Of a DNA stretch of 64,000 nucleotides, positions 25,991 through 37,479 are shown piece by piece. How positions within the stretch are numbered: position 1 is the stretch's first letter; every line of letters starts with the position of its first letter. Position numbers and translations under genes: made by a program. Source of the stretch: Sphyrna mokarran (Eukaryota); contig JAGIQG010000019.1 of assembly GCA_024679065.1 (NCBI GenBank), forward strand, positions 36,332,001 to 36,396,000. Direction: 5' to 3'. Below the pieces are notes generated by a model. The model had not been told where the DNA came from. It saw only the letters and a list, made by a program, of their open reading frames with translations, and did no database searches.

Positions 25991-26104
25991 ATTCGAAAAT
26001 CAATTAAAATCAATCTTTAAAATAAATGACAAGAATGCCCGTTATTTTTGTTTCTTCCAGAGGTTATTTTGTAACCTCTCAGCTTGTGGCAAACACAACT
26101 TAGA

Positions 26105-26540
26105 AAACATTTGCATTTATATAGCACCTTCCCTGCCCTCAAGCAGTTTCAAAACACTTTACAGCCGATGAAGTTATTTTTAAACTGTAGTCACAGTTGT
26201 AATGAGGAGACATGGCAGCCCATTTATACACAGCAAGCTCCTGCAAACAGCAACATGTCAACCAGATAATCTGTTTTGTGATGCTAACTGACAAGTAAGT
26301 ATTGGCACGGATAACCCTCCCCCTACTGCTTTCTGAAATGGTGACATGGGATCTTTTATGTTCACCTTAGAATATAGACAGGGGCTTGGCCTCAGGTTAG
26401 TGTCTTATCCAAAAGATGGCATATCAGTTAATAGAGCACTCCGTCAGTATTGCATTGGAGGGTCAGACTTGGTTTTTGTGCTCAGATCTTTGTGGTGGGA
26501 TTTACATCCGCAACTTTGTTACTCAGAAGCTAGTAACTGA
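26105..26540 (-). mobile_element. Ancient Deu-SINE (SacSINE1-like) relic
   Basis: ttgcatttatatagcacctt tail, cacagcaagctcc..caaacagcaa, catgggatcttttatgttcacc, ccaaaagatggca..cagtattgcattgga. Confidence 0.65.
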
Positions 26541-26732
26541 GTCTGACAGAAGCTTTAAAAGTAAACTTTCCCTCCTCCTAATGTAACAGTCATCTATTAA
26601 TTTTGTGCAACAAGTTCAGAAAGGTTTTCTGTGAGGAATCCAAAAAAAATGAAAGAAAGAGAACAAAACAGAACAAGCTAATGCCCCTTGGGTCTGGAGC
26701 ACCTCAGGCCACATGATCCTTCCTGTTGTCCT

Positions 26733-27097
26733 TCATAGATTGGACAGTATGCGGGTCATGCCAAAGGACTGCAGGAAGTTCTCCAGAGTGCTTTGGTATT
26801 CCAGAGGATGTTGCCGGAGATGCCCGGCATGACGGGATAACTTCCAGCTTTTCCCAGTTACCTGAATACCTTTCCTGCGCCAATTTTGCAGCATGGCTTC
26901 CAGTGCATTGTTTTCGCTCAGTGGGTCATTCTCACTGTAGAATGTCAGAATGGGTGTATGGTATGGTGTTTCCTTGAATGCCTTGGCGCTGGTTTGGTAG
27001 TGTTTGACGGTGTAACTTTTGAAAAGCCAGAAGTAGAAAAGTGTGGCCCATTTGAAAAATGGCTGGAGGAAGCGGGGAACCAGCACCTGTGCAACAC
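26733..27097 (-). CDS. TMEM53-like (DUF829, alpha/beta-hydrolase-like) last coding exon
   Basis: Acceptor gtgttccag; phase 1 matches the previous exon; TPILTFYSENDPL, GKSWKLSRHAGHLRQHPLEY motifs typical of TMEM53/DUF829; stop at 26733. Confidence 0.9.
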
Positions 27098-27464
27098 CTG
27101 GAACACATTGAAAATAGATATATTAGCATTGCACTCATTATGTGTACATATCCACAGACATGTGTTTGCTGGTGAGACCAGAACATAAGTTCTGCTTACT
27201 CAGCCCCATTCTTTAAACATCTTTTTCATGCCTCTTCGAAAGCTGAAAGCCATTGCTGACCTTTGAAAATCTTTGTTTTCATTCAATTTAACTAGTCTTT
27301 GATTTGACAGTTTAATGGTTTTTACAGAGCATACTGGAGGTTTTTACAGAGCATGCTGGAGATTCATTTATTTATCTTGCACTTCACAGTTGACTGCATC
27401 TGTAGTACCTCCCACTGCTCCTAACCACAATGTTAATGAACATTCTTGCTCTGTTTGACAAATT

Positions 27465-28556
27465 TTTAGTTTCTCTTTTCTAATCACAAGGGGGGTGCAC
27501 AGAACATAGAACATAGAACACTACAGCACAAACAGGCCCTTCGGCCCACAAGTTGTGCTGATCGTATCTATACCTACCAGGTCATAGAACTATCTGTAAC
27601 TCCCAATCCCATTAAGTCCCATCTACTCATCCAGAAGTCTCTTAAAAGACCCCAGCGAGTTCGTCTCTACCACCACTGACGGCAACCGATTCCATTCACT
27701 CACTACCCTCTGAGTGAAAAACTTACCTCTAACATCTCCTCTGTACTTGCCCCCCAAGCACCTCAAACCTGTGTCCTCTCGTAGCAACCATTTCAGCCCT
27801 GGGAAATAGAGTGGATTCTCGGAGGCTATCTTTTCCTCTCAACATCTTATAAACAGCCTGAGGGTTCCCTCTATCAGAGTGTTTGGTAGGTGTTGGGTTG
27901 GGGGCAATTGGATCACCCTCACGTATGCGTGATGTCAGAGGTGGGGGGTGTGGTCACCTGTTCTCAGTGGTAGGTGGGTGAGGATGTTCCTCTGTGCTGA
28001 GGCATCGGGGATGCTTGCCTGGTCAGCAATAATTATGTAGAATTACTGGAAATGAGTTATAAAACAAACAATGCTGAAATCTTTCCCATTCTCATTTCCC
28101 AATGTTGAACCAACGTAAAAAATTGTGGCATTCAAACAGGAGAGCTTCTGATTTTTGGCAGTAACGAGGCATGTGTAATCAGGCAAACTAGCACAGAAAC
28201 AAACATTAAATCTAGTGAGTTACTGCCAAAAATCAGAAGCCCTCCTGTTTGAATGCCACAATTTTTACGTATGAAAGATTTCAGCATAGTTTGTTTTATA
28301 ACTCATTTCTGGCAATTCTATTTAATTCTGTTGACCAGGCAAGCACCCCCAATGTTTCAGCACAGAAGGACATCCTCACCCACCTACCACTGAGAACAGG
28401 TGACCACAACCCCCACCTCTGACATCACGCATACGTGAGGATGATCCAATTCCCCCCAACCCAACAACTACCAAACACTCTGATAGAGGGAACCCTCAGG
28501 CTCTGTGCACCCAGCCCCCCCATCCCCAGCCTTGTGATTAGGAAGGAGGAACTAAA
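27465..28556. repeat. Long intronic inverted duplication: arms 27465-28165 (split by a CR1 insertion) and 28219-28556, 53-nt loop
   Basis: 27855-28165 is the reverse complement of 28219-28502, and 27465-27503 of 28502-28556. Confidence 0.93.
27501..27854 (-). mobile_element. 5'-truncated CR1 3' end inserted into the left arm of the inverted repeat
   Basis: agaacatagaacatagaac tail; homologous to 42139-42487. Confidence 0.9.
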
Positions 28557-28668
28557 CCTACTTAGCTGTTGTTTGCAGCTGACATATCTAACCATAGAAT
28601 CAATGAATCTAGCAGGAACAAAAGGAAACATGAGCATCGTAATATTTTAAATTTTGAGGGTACCTCAC

Positions 28669-29128
28669 CTTTCGCCATTTGTTCCACATCTCCTAAAACC
28701 AGACTGTCAAAGATCTGGCCCCGAATCCTTTCCTTGAAGCCTGAGTTTGGTGGCGTGTCTCTCAGCGTGGCTGCAATCATCTGAGCAACGAGGAACCCTC
28801 CAATGGAGAATGCATGAATGATCAGGGAGTGGGAGGACAAGGACTCACTGTGCAGCAAGTCCAACACCTCTGAAGCATAGGATAGGCCATACTGAGGCCA
28901 AAGGAAGTGCAGGAGTTTACTTTCCACAGTCAGGATGTCAAAGCCATACTGATAGTAAATCTGCCGATAGCGTTCCACAGCATGGGGTTTAGCACCAAAC
29001 CAAGGAAGGAGTAAGAGCAGAGGCCTAGGAGCACCGTCCACTGTTTTGGCGTTGTTTCGGTACAGTGTGATGGTGCTGGAGAGCCTTTTCACTGTCATAT
29101 TCTGAGGAGCAGATTCGGACAACGACAT
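28669..29128 (-). CDS. TMEM53-like (DUF829) first coding exon
   Basis: RPLLLLLPWFGAKP..V.RY..IY...GFDIL, IIHAFSIGG, IRGQIFDSL; 460 nt, donor AAG|GTGAG phase 1; upstream acceptor ctctccaccag(tag) implies a non-coding upstream exon; joined protein ~274 aa. Confidence 0.9.
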
Positions 29129-29699
29129 CCAACCAACCTACTGGTGGAGAGAGGACTGGGTGTTGTGGGGAAACAAGTGGAGAAAATAGGAAAAATTTGA
29201 GAACTTACATGGTACTGGCATACAATAATATGGCACAAGGACATCAACATTTAAATCCATTAAAACAATAAAAAAAGATTTTTATTTGATTCTTCATCTT
29301 AATAACGGTGGGAGTTAGGGGGAGACAGCCTGAGACCAAAAAGGGATGGATTTTACATGTGTAAAAATAAATTCCTATAGATTGATCTCAAACATTAGAC
29401 TTATGGAATAGAAATCTTTATGATGTTCAGGTTATTGGCTACACTCTGATCATATTATTTTCTTATTATCAGATTGCTTGTTTTAACTGCCTAATAAATG
29501 ATCTTCATTGAAATCCATTTTTAAGTTTCACATATTGGTGTCTAGTTTTGATGAAAACTGGAATGTAGTTGAATCATCCTAAAGAAAATATTGCGCTGAT
29601 GCAACGTTAGTTCAGCTGTATCTACCACGTCTTCTATCAAATTATAAAATAACTCTAATGTCATTTACATCCAAAGCCAGACATTTTTTAAACTCAACT

Positions 29700-29835
29700 A
29701 CACCCACACATGCGCAAACAGACATGCACATGCGCGCACATACATTATCACACGCACATCCACACATCTGTATAGGCAGGTTCACACACGTATAAGGACA
29801 GACACACAATTACACACATACACAGACACATACAC
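29700..29835. repeat. (CA)-rich degenerate microsatellite
   Basis: cacacatgcgcaaacagacatgcacatgcgcgcacatac...cacagacacatacac. Confidence 0.8.
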
Positions 29836-30018
29836 TGTGAATGCTCTGACTTGCTGCAGTGATCGCTCTGCTCCATCGCTCAAGCGACCAATTTTTTAAT
29901 ATCTGAATCTATAAATATTGGCAGCGCAATCTTATGACCTTATCCCACCTGTCTTTCGGTGAGGCAAGGCATTAAGATTGGGTGAACTGTACAAATTGGC
30001 TCTGGGTTTCATATATTA

Positions 30019-31394
30019 TGCAGTAGCCAATGGATTAATGAACTTTGTAACACGTGGAGAATGAAAAAAAATGTATTGTGCAACTTACATGCAGGTTGTT
30101 TTCATATATCTCAGGTAGATGAAAAATTTTGCTTTCGTGTGCCCAGACAGGGAGACTGCAGCTCCCCTTACTGTTGTACACAAATTTTCGGGTGACCCAG
30201 TGTGTTAGTGTACAAATGAAGTAGTGGCATGATGGGAAAGATGGTGAAGTGTTTAGTATGAAATAAGGACAGCAGACCAAGCCATTTCAAAATGCCAGAC
30301 CTCTATAAAATTGACTGACTCTGAATAAAGAAATGACTACAACCAAAGAAGGCCAAATGCTTGGCCTTAGTCTGTTTTGACAAGGTTGACTTTGCACACC
30401 CTGAGTGAGACATGATTAACACCAGGAAAGCCTGACTCCATATACCGTGAGATAACATATGAGACATTAGATAAGGTCAGGGAGGAGGGAGTCACAAAAT
30501 TCGTTTATTTCTGAAAAAATGGCATAAAGGAGTCACAGAACCAAGGTTGGGGATGAGAGAGTCAGAGAATTTGTTTTGTTCAATGTACCACTGCTTGCAT
30601 TACTAAAATCATGGAAGCTGATGAGAAAATGTATAATTATTGAATTGATCCTTGTAGTGGGTATGGTCTTGGGATAGAATCAGCAGTTTGTAGAAACTGC
30701 TCTCCATTTCCAAGATACTGCCATATACTGCATGCAGTTTTGTGATAATAAAAACTAATTGATGTTTAAAAAAGCAAACTTTGTTAAGCTTAATTATCAC
30801 AACTCGGGAAACAAGAAATTCCCCAGCACAACACCAGACAGAGAGGCTGCAGCTGCCCTTGCTGTTGTACACAAGTTTATGATAGTCCGTTCAAAAATGT
30901 AGCTGACCCAACTCATATCTATGTTTGTATCTTTAATTTTGTGGCCTTTTACCTAACATAGTGAAGCTTGTATGCCCTAAATATATATTCATATAAATAT
31001 TCATTATACACTATTTATGTATCATGTACCAACATATTATATGCTATATAACTTATAGATTGTTATACCGACCCATTAATTTTAACTTGCCTTGTCGGCC
31101 TGTGTTTTTCCTAAGGGCTAAAGGCACATGACAATTACGGCTTTGAGAAAACCATGAAGAAACGCTGAGGCAGCCATGTTCCCACAATGGAGGACAACCC
31201 ACAGCCTGTGAAACTGCTGAGACTGTGAAGGTGCATATGTAACTGGGGAATATAAATATATGCTCTTAAGTTGTGTTCGGAGAGAAGGCTGGGAAACCGT
31301 TGTTAGGTACCAGGTGTATCTCCCAAAAGCTTTTGAATAAACTTGCTGTACTTTGTCTCACAATTAGTTTCAGAGGTATCTTTTATCTACAACA
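30019..31394 (+). mobile_element. Solo LTR (ERV1/Gypsy-like)
   Basis: TG...CA termini (tgcagtag...ctacaaca) flanked by atta/atta; TATAAA ~31251, AATAAA ~31336; internal ~45-bp direct repeat (30143/30834); 3' part homologous to 48385-49320(-). Confidence 0.65.
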
Positions 31395-31967
31395 ATTACA
31401 ACAGGGACTACAGCTCAGAAGTCTTTGAGATTCCTTCCTCCTTTGATCTTACTGACCCTGTTCTGCTGCCGAAATTGGGGCAGTGAAGCTAATTTAAATA
31501 TTGATGATATGCCCTAGCTGCTAATGGGATCTGGGATGGAATGTCTGCAGAAACCATCGAACCTTTCCAGTGGACAGGGGCAGGGTAACTCTGGTGACAT
31601 CAGTGGGGTCAGGACCTCACATGTGAATCCAGTGGGAGGCCAAAACATTACGGGCGATTCTCCTAGCCTGCTGCACTGCTTCTGTAGCGCAGTGGGCCAG
31701 AAGACTCAAGCGGAGGCTGTTTCCGGGCTCCCCCCCAAGTGTGCCATGGCTCCGCCGCCTCCGACAGGTAGATTTCTGGCTCTGTCAGTTTGAGGTCTGA
31801 CAACATCAATTTTAAATCCAACCGATTTATTTGATAGTAAACTTGCTAGCTTTCGGCCTTTGTAGCCTTCGTCAGGTGGTGACACCCACTGGACACTCCC
31901 AAGATTTACTGTCAAATAAATCGGTTGGATTGAAAATTGGTGTTGCTAAATTCTTACTGAGTTCTTA

Positions 31968-32700
31968 CAAAGAACAAAGAACAACACAGCAGGGGAAACA
32001 GGCCCTTCGGCCCAACGAGCCTGCGCCGCCATCCTAACTTCTTAATGACATATAGAGACCAATATAGGGACAATTTGTTACCCAATCAGCCTAAGAGCAC
32101 ATTTTTGGGATGTGGGAGGAAACCGGAGCACCCGGAGAAAACCCACGCAACCACGGGGAGAACGCGCAAACTCCCGCAGACACAGGCCCAAATCCATGTG
32201 TCTGCACAGCAACAGCGATAGTCTCTGAGCTGTCATGTTGCCCATCTGATGGTCCAGTTTAAGCATACACTAACTACATGAAGCACTAGGCCACTCCTGA
32301 AGTAACCTCCAGGAGCAGCCCTCGCACGACCTGCCGAATGCATGCACCTTGTTGGTCAACAAGGTGGACCGAATAGCCTGTGGAAACAATTAAAGTATTT
32401 AAACAGTCCTCATATATCCCTCTATCTGCAGACCGCTCATGTGGCTGTCCAAGAGACCCTTAAACAACCCTAGCGTGCCTGCTCCCACCACCTTACTCGG
32501 TAGTGCATTCCACACCCCCACTACCCTTTGTGTGAAAAAATGCCCTCTAATATTAGTCTTATACATAGCCCCCCTCACCCTAAGGCCGTGACCCCTCGTT
32601 CTATCCGAATCTAATGGTGGAAAAAGCTTACCACCATTTACTCTATCTATACCCCTCATAATCTTATATACCTCTAATAGATCCCCTCTCAGCCTCTTAC
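31968..32700 (-). mobile_element. CR1 LINE 3' end whose long 3' UTR contains a V-SINE core
   Basis: RT C-terminus RLRGDLLEVYKIMRG...TRGH...FFTQRVVGVWNALP with stop at 32399, then a unique UTR segment, V domain ~32085-32190 and CR1 tail. Confidence 0.85.
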
Positions 32701-33587
32701 CACTCCCATGGGGATAGGGCATTGGTAGGGATGGGAGGGGGGGTCCACTGCCATTCTGCATTTGAGCTGAGTGACAGAGAGATTGAAACCAGTGACTGGA
32801 GCTGGCCATTGGGGTGGAGTGGTGGTCAGGCTGCTGGAGTGGGGAGGGGTGAGGGGGTGTGGGTGGGGGGTGGGGTTGGTGGTGATGGGACTGCAGGGAT
32901 TGCCAGTGGAGGGGGTAAAAAAGAAAAGAAAAGAATCGGGAGATCAAAGCAGGCTGGGGTTGGGGGCGGAAGGGCAAGGTTTGGGGGGGGCAATGATCGG
33001 ACTGTGGCAGAATCACAGGGGCAGCGATGGGGGGCCATGGGGCTGGCCTGTGATGGAGCTATGCTGCCTGGCCTCTCCAGTGGGAATAGGCCCTGCTCAC
33101 TGAATTTCAGCATGATTCATGCCGAGGCACACTGCAGTGCACAGAGTGTGCGAAATTCATTTCAAAATCCCCGCTGAAAAAGTAGCAGCATTTGCTCCAG
33201 TTTTTACGCAAATTCGATACTTAGAATTTTTTTTGGGAGAATCATTCCCATTGTTTTCATGCTGGTGTGAATTTCCTAAGGGATTGTTTACAGGTGCCCC
33301 TGTAATGGTGGATTGGGAATCCCACCAATGGCTGATGTGAAACTGATTTGCATCCCTGGAATGGGATGCAGATGAAGGTTCGATCAGAATCTTCCCTTCA
33401 CGCTCAATTCTCTGTCATGCCAGCAGCATGACTAGTCTGGAACAAAGGAGTGTGCAAAAATTGAGACTTACCTCAAGTATGCATGGGACTGCCTCTGGAA
33501 TTCAGGATGGAAGTTGTGAAGTTACCAGCTCATGATTTGACCACAGTCCCTAAATTTAACAACCAACTTATGATTTGACCACTGGAT

Positions 33588-33722
33588 AAAAGCAAATTAC
33601 TGGCGATGCTAGAATCTGAAACCAAAAGAGAAAATGCTGGAAAATATCAGCAGGTCTGGCAGCATTTGTATGGAGGGAAAAGAGCTGATGTTTCGAGTCT
33701 AGATGACCCTTTGTCAAAACTT
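33588..33722 (-). mobile_element. Penelope-like terminal repeat fragment inserted in a small ~38-bp tandem repeat
   Basis: aaaatgctggaaaatatcagcaggtctggcagc; related fragments at ~2057, ~14500, ~39235, ~47400, ~53510; flanked by ccctaaatttaacaaccaact repeats. Confidence 0.65.
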
Positions 33723-34924
33723 TGAGCAGGGTTCCTAAAATTTAACAACCAACTAATGAAATGACCACGGTCCCTAAATCTAGCAATGTTCTGGTTACTG
33801 CTCACTGTTTCCACGTGATTACATTTCAGAAGGACTCTGTAATTTAAGTACAATGGGTAAGCTACAGAGCATCTTACGTTGCTCTGTTCAAATTGTCTCC
33901 CAGTTTAGAGCATGGCTGTGTTATTTGAAAGGGTTTGTTGAGGGTCTCCGAAATACCAGGTGGGGATTCGAATCATCCCCTTTTAATGAAGCGAAATGGG
34001 AGTGATGGGAGGTCATTCCTGATGCTGTCTTGCCAAAAATGAGCGGAAAGTCTTCTTGTTTATAACATCTTAATTATCGTACGTAACATGTATAAAACCT
34101 TTTCATTGCCTTACTACTTCTCTTCTTTCCCTAGCAGCTTTATAGAATCTTCCCAAAACTCAGTTTAAATTGCTGAGTTACAGACCTGGAACAAACCCAA
34201 CACATATCCCAGTCCTGGATGTTTATGTGATGTGATCAGCTGTGGGGTGGATCACCAATGTCTGTACAGCTTGGTAACAAGGACCGACACTGAGAACAAC
34301 CCACAGTATTGGATAAGCACCTTATGTAAGCAACGGCAGAACCTTTCCTTCACAGAGCGGTCTTTTCAGCTCAGCTGCACCATACGAAGCGACACCTCCC
34401 CCACCGTCACACAAAGGATATCCACTAATCCAGTTTATCTGACTTCCCTTTCAATGTATTTGTGCTTTTCACCTCAACGACTCGCTGTGCTAGTGGGTTC
34501 CACATTCTAACCACTCTGGCTAAAGAGGTTTCTCCCCAGTTCCCGACTGGATTTTATTAGTGACTATTTTACATTTACGACTCCAAGATCTGGTCTCATC
34601 TGTAATTAGAAATGTCTTCTCTTTGTCCATCCACAGTCCAAAGATGAAAAAGTTAGGCTGGTTGATCATATAAAATTGTCCCTTAATGTCAGGGGCACTA
34701 GCAGGGTAAATACGTTGAGGTTACGGGAATAGGGTCTAGGTTGCGATTGTTGTTAGTGCAGACTCGAAGGGTCGAATGGCCTCCTTCTGCATCGTAGGGA
34801 TTCTATCGATCGCTTTTACAATCTTAAAGACCACTACCAGGCCACCCTCAGCCTTTTCCTTATTTTCTTGGCTCTTATTCATGTAAACATGTAGGGGGCG
34901 GGGGGAGAGGGTGGCTCAGATCAG

Positions 34925-35180
34925 AGTTACGGAGGGGTTTCTTCACGCAAAGGCTGGTGAATCTTTGGAATTCTCTGCCTGATGAGGCGGTGGAGGCTTC
35001 CTCGCTGAATATGTTCAAGTCAAGAGTGGATAGGTTTTTAATTGACAAGGGAATTAAGGATTATGGGGAGAAAGCGGGAAAGTGGTACTGAACCACTACA
35101 GATCAGCCATGATCTTATTGAATGGCCGGGCCGGCTCGAGGGGCTGGATGGTCTACTCCTGCTCCTATTTCTTATGTTCT
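34925..35180 (+). mobile_element. CR1 3' end fragment
   Basis: ttcttcacgcaaaggctggtgaatctttggaattctctgcc...agatcagccatgatcttattgaatgg...ctcctatttcttatgttct. Confidence 0.85.
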
Positions 35181-35885
35181 TATTCACTCATCCCTCCGTC
35201 CTGTATATCGCTTTCATCTGAATGTCAGTGCCAGTTTCCAGGATCTGTTCCTCAGCTCAGTTCCATATCTGGTTTTCGTTTGCAGAAGTCTCAAGCATTC
35301 ACTTCCTGGTTCTGTAAAGACTGTACCATTTCATGAAGGAAAATGAAGTCAGTGTTGTCCAGAGTTGCCATAGCAACTAACTAATAAGAGAATTGTCCAT
35401 ATTGGCAGTCCCAGATTTAATCTCTGGCCTGTTTTAAGTTATCACTGGGCCTGGGAGTAGGGCTGTGAGAGGGGCAGCACAGAGGTTAGAATTCTGCCTC
35501 AATTTCAATTAAGAAAACAAAATGAAAATTTCTTCTTAATAGTAGTTAGTTACAATGGACCATAGGCATTTCTTTCCTTTAGACAGACCACTTGTTATAT
35601 TTGGCTTCAGGAGCACTACTCCTCAAACATGTAGCAAGACTAGAAGGCAAGCCTCCATGGACTACCCAGTGAGTCCAGGGATTGAACCAAGCATGCTGCG
35701 TCACACTGTAGCCATCTAGCCAACTAAATTAGCTAATTGCCAAGCTACAAGATAGTATACAAGAAATAATACTTTTCGCTGTGTGTTAATACATGTGACA
35801 ATAATAAATCAAATCTTCATCAGGCAGATAGACCTATTGGGCCATATCCAGGCTGTTAACAGTTCAGGGGATGAGAAATGGCAGA

Positions 35886-36650
35886 CACTTTGGCGGGAAC
35901 AATAAATGTGTAGAGTATAGGGCTAATGGTAGGGCTCTTAATAGTGTTGAGGAACAGAAGGATCTTGGTGTATGTGTCAATAGATCCCTGAAAGTAGGCA
36001 GTCAAGTGGATAAAGTTGTTAAGAAGGCATATGGAGTCTTAGCTTTTATTGGTAGGGGGATTGAATTTAGGAGCCGCAGCATCATGTTGCAACTGTACAA
36101 AACTCTAGTGCGGCCGCACTTGGAGTATTGTGTGCAGTTCTGGTCCCCACATTATAAGAAAGATGTGGAGGCATTGGAGAGGGTACAGAGGAGGTTTACC
36201 AGGATGTTGCCTGGTATGGAGGGCAGGTCCTATGAAGAGAGGTTGAAGGATTTGAGGTTGTTTTCGTTAGAAAGGAGGCGGCTAAGAGGGGATCTTATTG
36301 AAGCATATAAGATGATTAGAGGTTTAGATAGGGTGGACAGTGATAGCCTTTTTCCTAGGATGGAGAAAGCTAGCACGAGGGGACACAGCTTTAAATTAAG
36401 GGGTATGAGTTATAGGACGGATATCAGAGGTAGGTTCTTTACTCAAAGAGTGATTAGGGAGTGGAATGCCCTGCCTGCAGCTGTTGTAGATGCGCCAAGT
36501 TTGGTGGCGTTTAAGAGGTTAATTGATAAGTATATGGAAGAGAAGGGAATGGTTTAGTTTGGAGGGGCATTGCTTTTTATTTTGGTCGGCACAACATCGA
36601 AGGCCGAAGGGCCTGTTCTGTGCTGTAATGTTCTATGTTCTATATGTTCT
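35886..36650 (+). mobile_element. Young 5'-truncated CR1 LINE with open RT C-terminal frame
   Basis: ORF 35871-36557 is uninterrupted; 3' part almost identical to 61627-62170; tgttcta tail. Confidence 0.95.
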
Positions 36651-37299
36651 ACAATATCAGCTACACTGCCTAATTTGTCAAGACAGACCTGCTCTTTAGA
36701 ATGGAGAATCCTAATCAGCACCAGCAAGACAGGAAGGGAAATAGCTACACAAGGAGCACAACTGTTGAGAATCTTATTACCAAACTTCCAACCAAACACT
36801 TCTTCCAGGAGAAACAGTCATTAATGTGGACTTCTTTCAACTTTGCATCCTCTATTCACTGCTATAATGCATTCTCCTTTACACCAGAGAGTGAGTGATT
36901 GCTCTCCTGAAAACCTCTGCTCAGTTCTCAAAGTGTGACACTGAGTCATTTGTCCTTTTTACGCCCTGCCTGGCTCTTGCTCTGATTTCTCTATCCTGTG
37001 TCAATAAAGCTCAAAGTAGCTCAAGGAACAGCATTTTGACTTGGCACTTTGCAACCTTTCAGGTTCAACATGGAGTTTGATAATTTCAATTTGGAACTTC
37101 TGCCCTCCTAACTTTGGGCATTAGCTACTGGTGTTAAATCTGCTGTTGCATTTATTTACACCTGCGCTAAATCCATCTTTTGCTCCTTCACCTCTCTCAT
37201 TTCCATCTCCTTTTGTCTTGCACCATCGCCCAATCTGCCATTGAAATTACTCCAATTTTCCACCCAATCCCTTTTGTTCATTTCTCCTGTCCCCTGACT

Positions 37300-37455
37300 T
37301 TCAGGTTTATTTGGAATCATGAGCTTTCAAAGCACTGCTCCTTCATTGCCACTCACCTGATGAAGGAGCAGCGTTCTGAAAACTTGTGATTCTAAATTTT
37401 AATCTAGTGCTGTGAGACTTCTTACTGTGCCCACCCCAGTCCAACGCCATCTATC
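37300..37455. mobile_element. Inverted Penelope-like terminal repeat pair containing a hammerhead core
   Basis: aatcatgagctttcaaagcactgctccttcat...atgaaggagcagcgttctgaaaacttgtgatt; followed by gtgagacttcttactgtgcccaccccagtccaacgcc. Confidence 0.75.
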
Positions 37456-37479
37456 TAACCGACTCAGTTGAAGCCTGCT

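Noticed and set aside
27501-28502. Idea that CR1 integration created the inverted duplication at its 5' junction
   Set aside because: Arm homology continues on the far side of the CR1 (27465-27503 versus 28502-28556), so the palindrome is older than the insertion.
32399-33177. Pro-rich and Gly-rich ORFs
   Set aside because: They come from low-complexity G-rich sequence fused to a CR1 RT fragment and are not a host gene.
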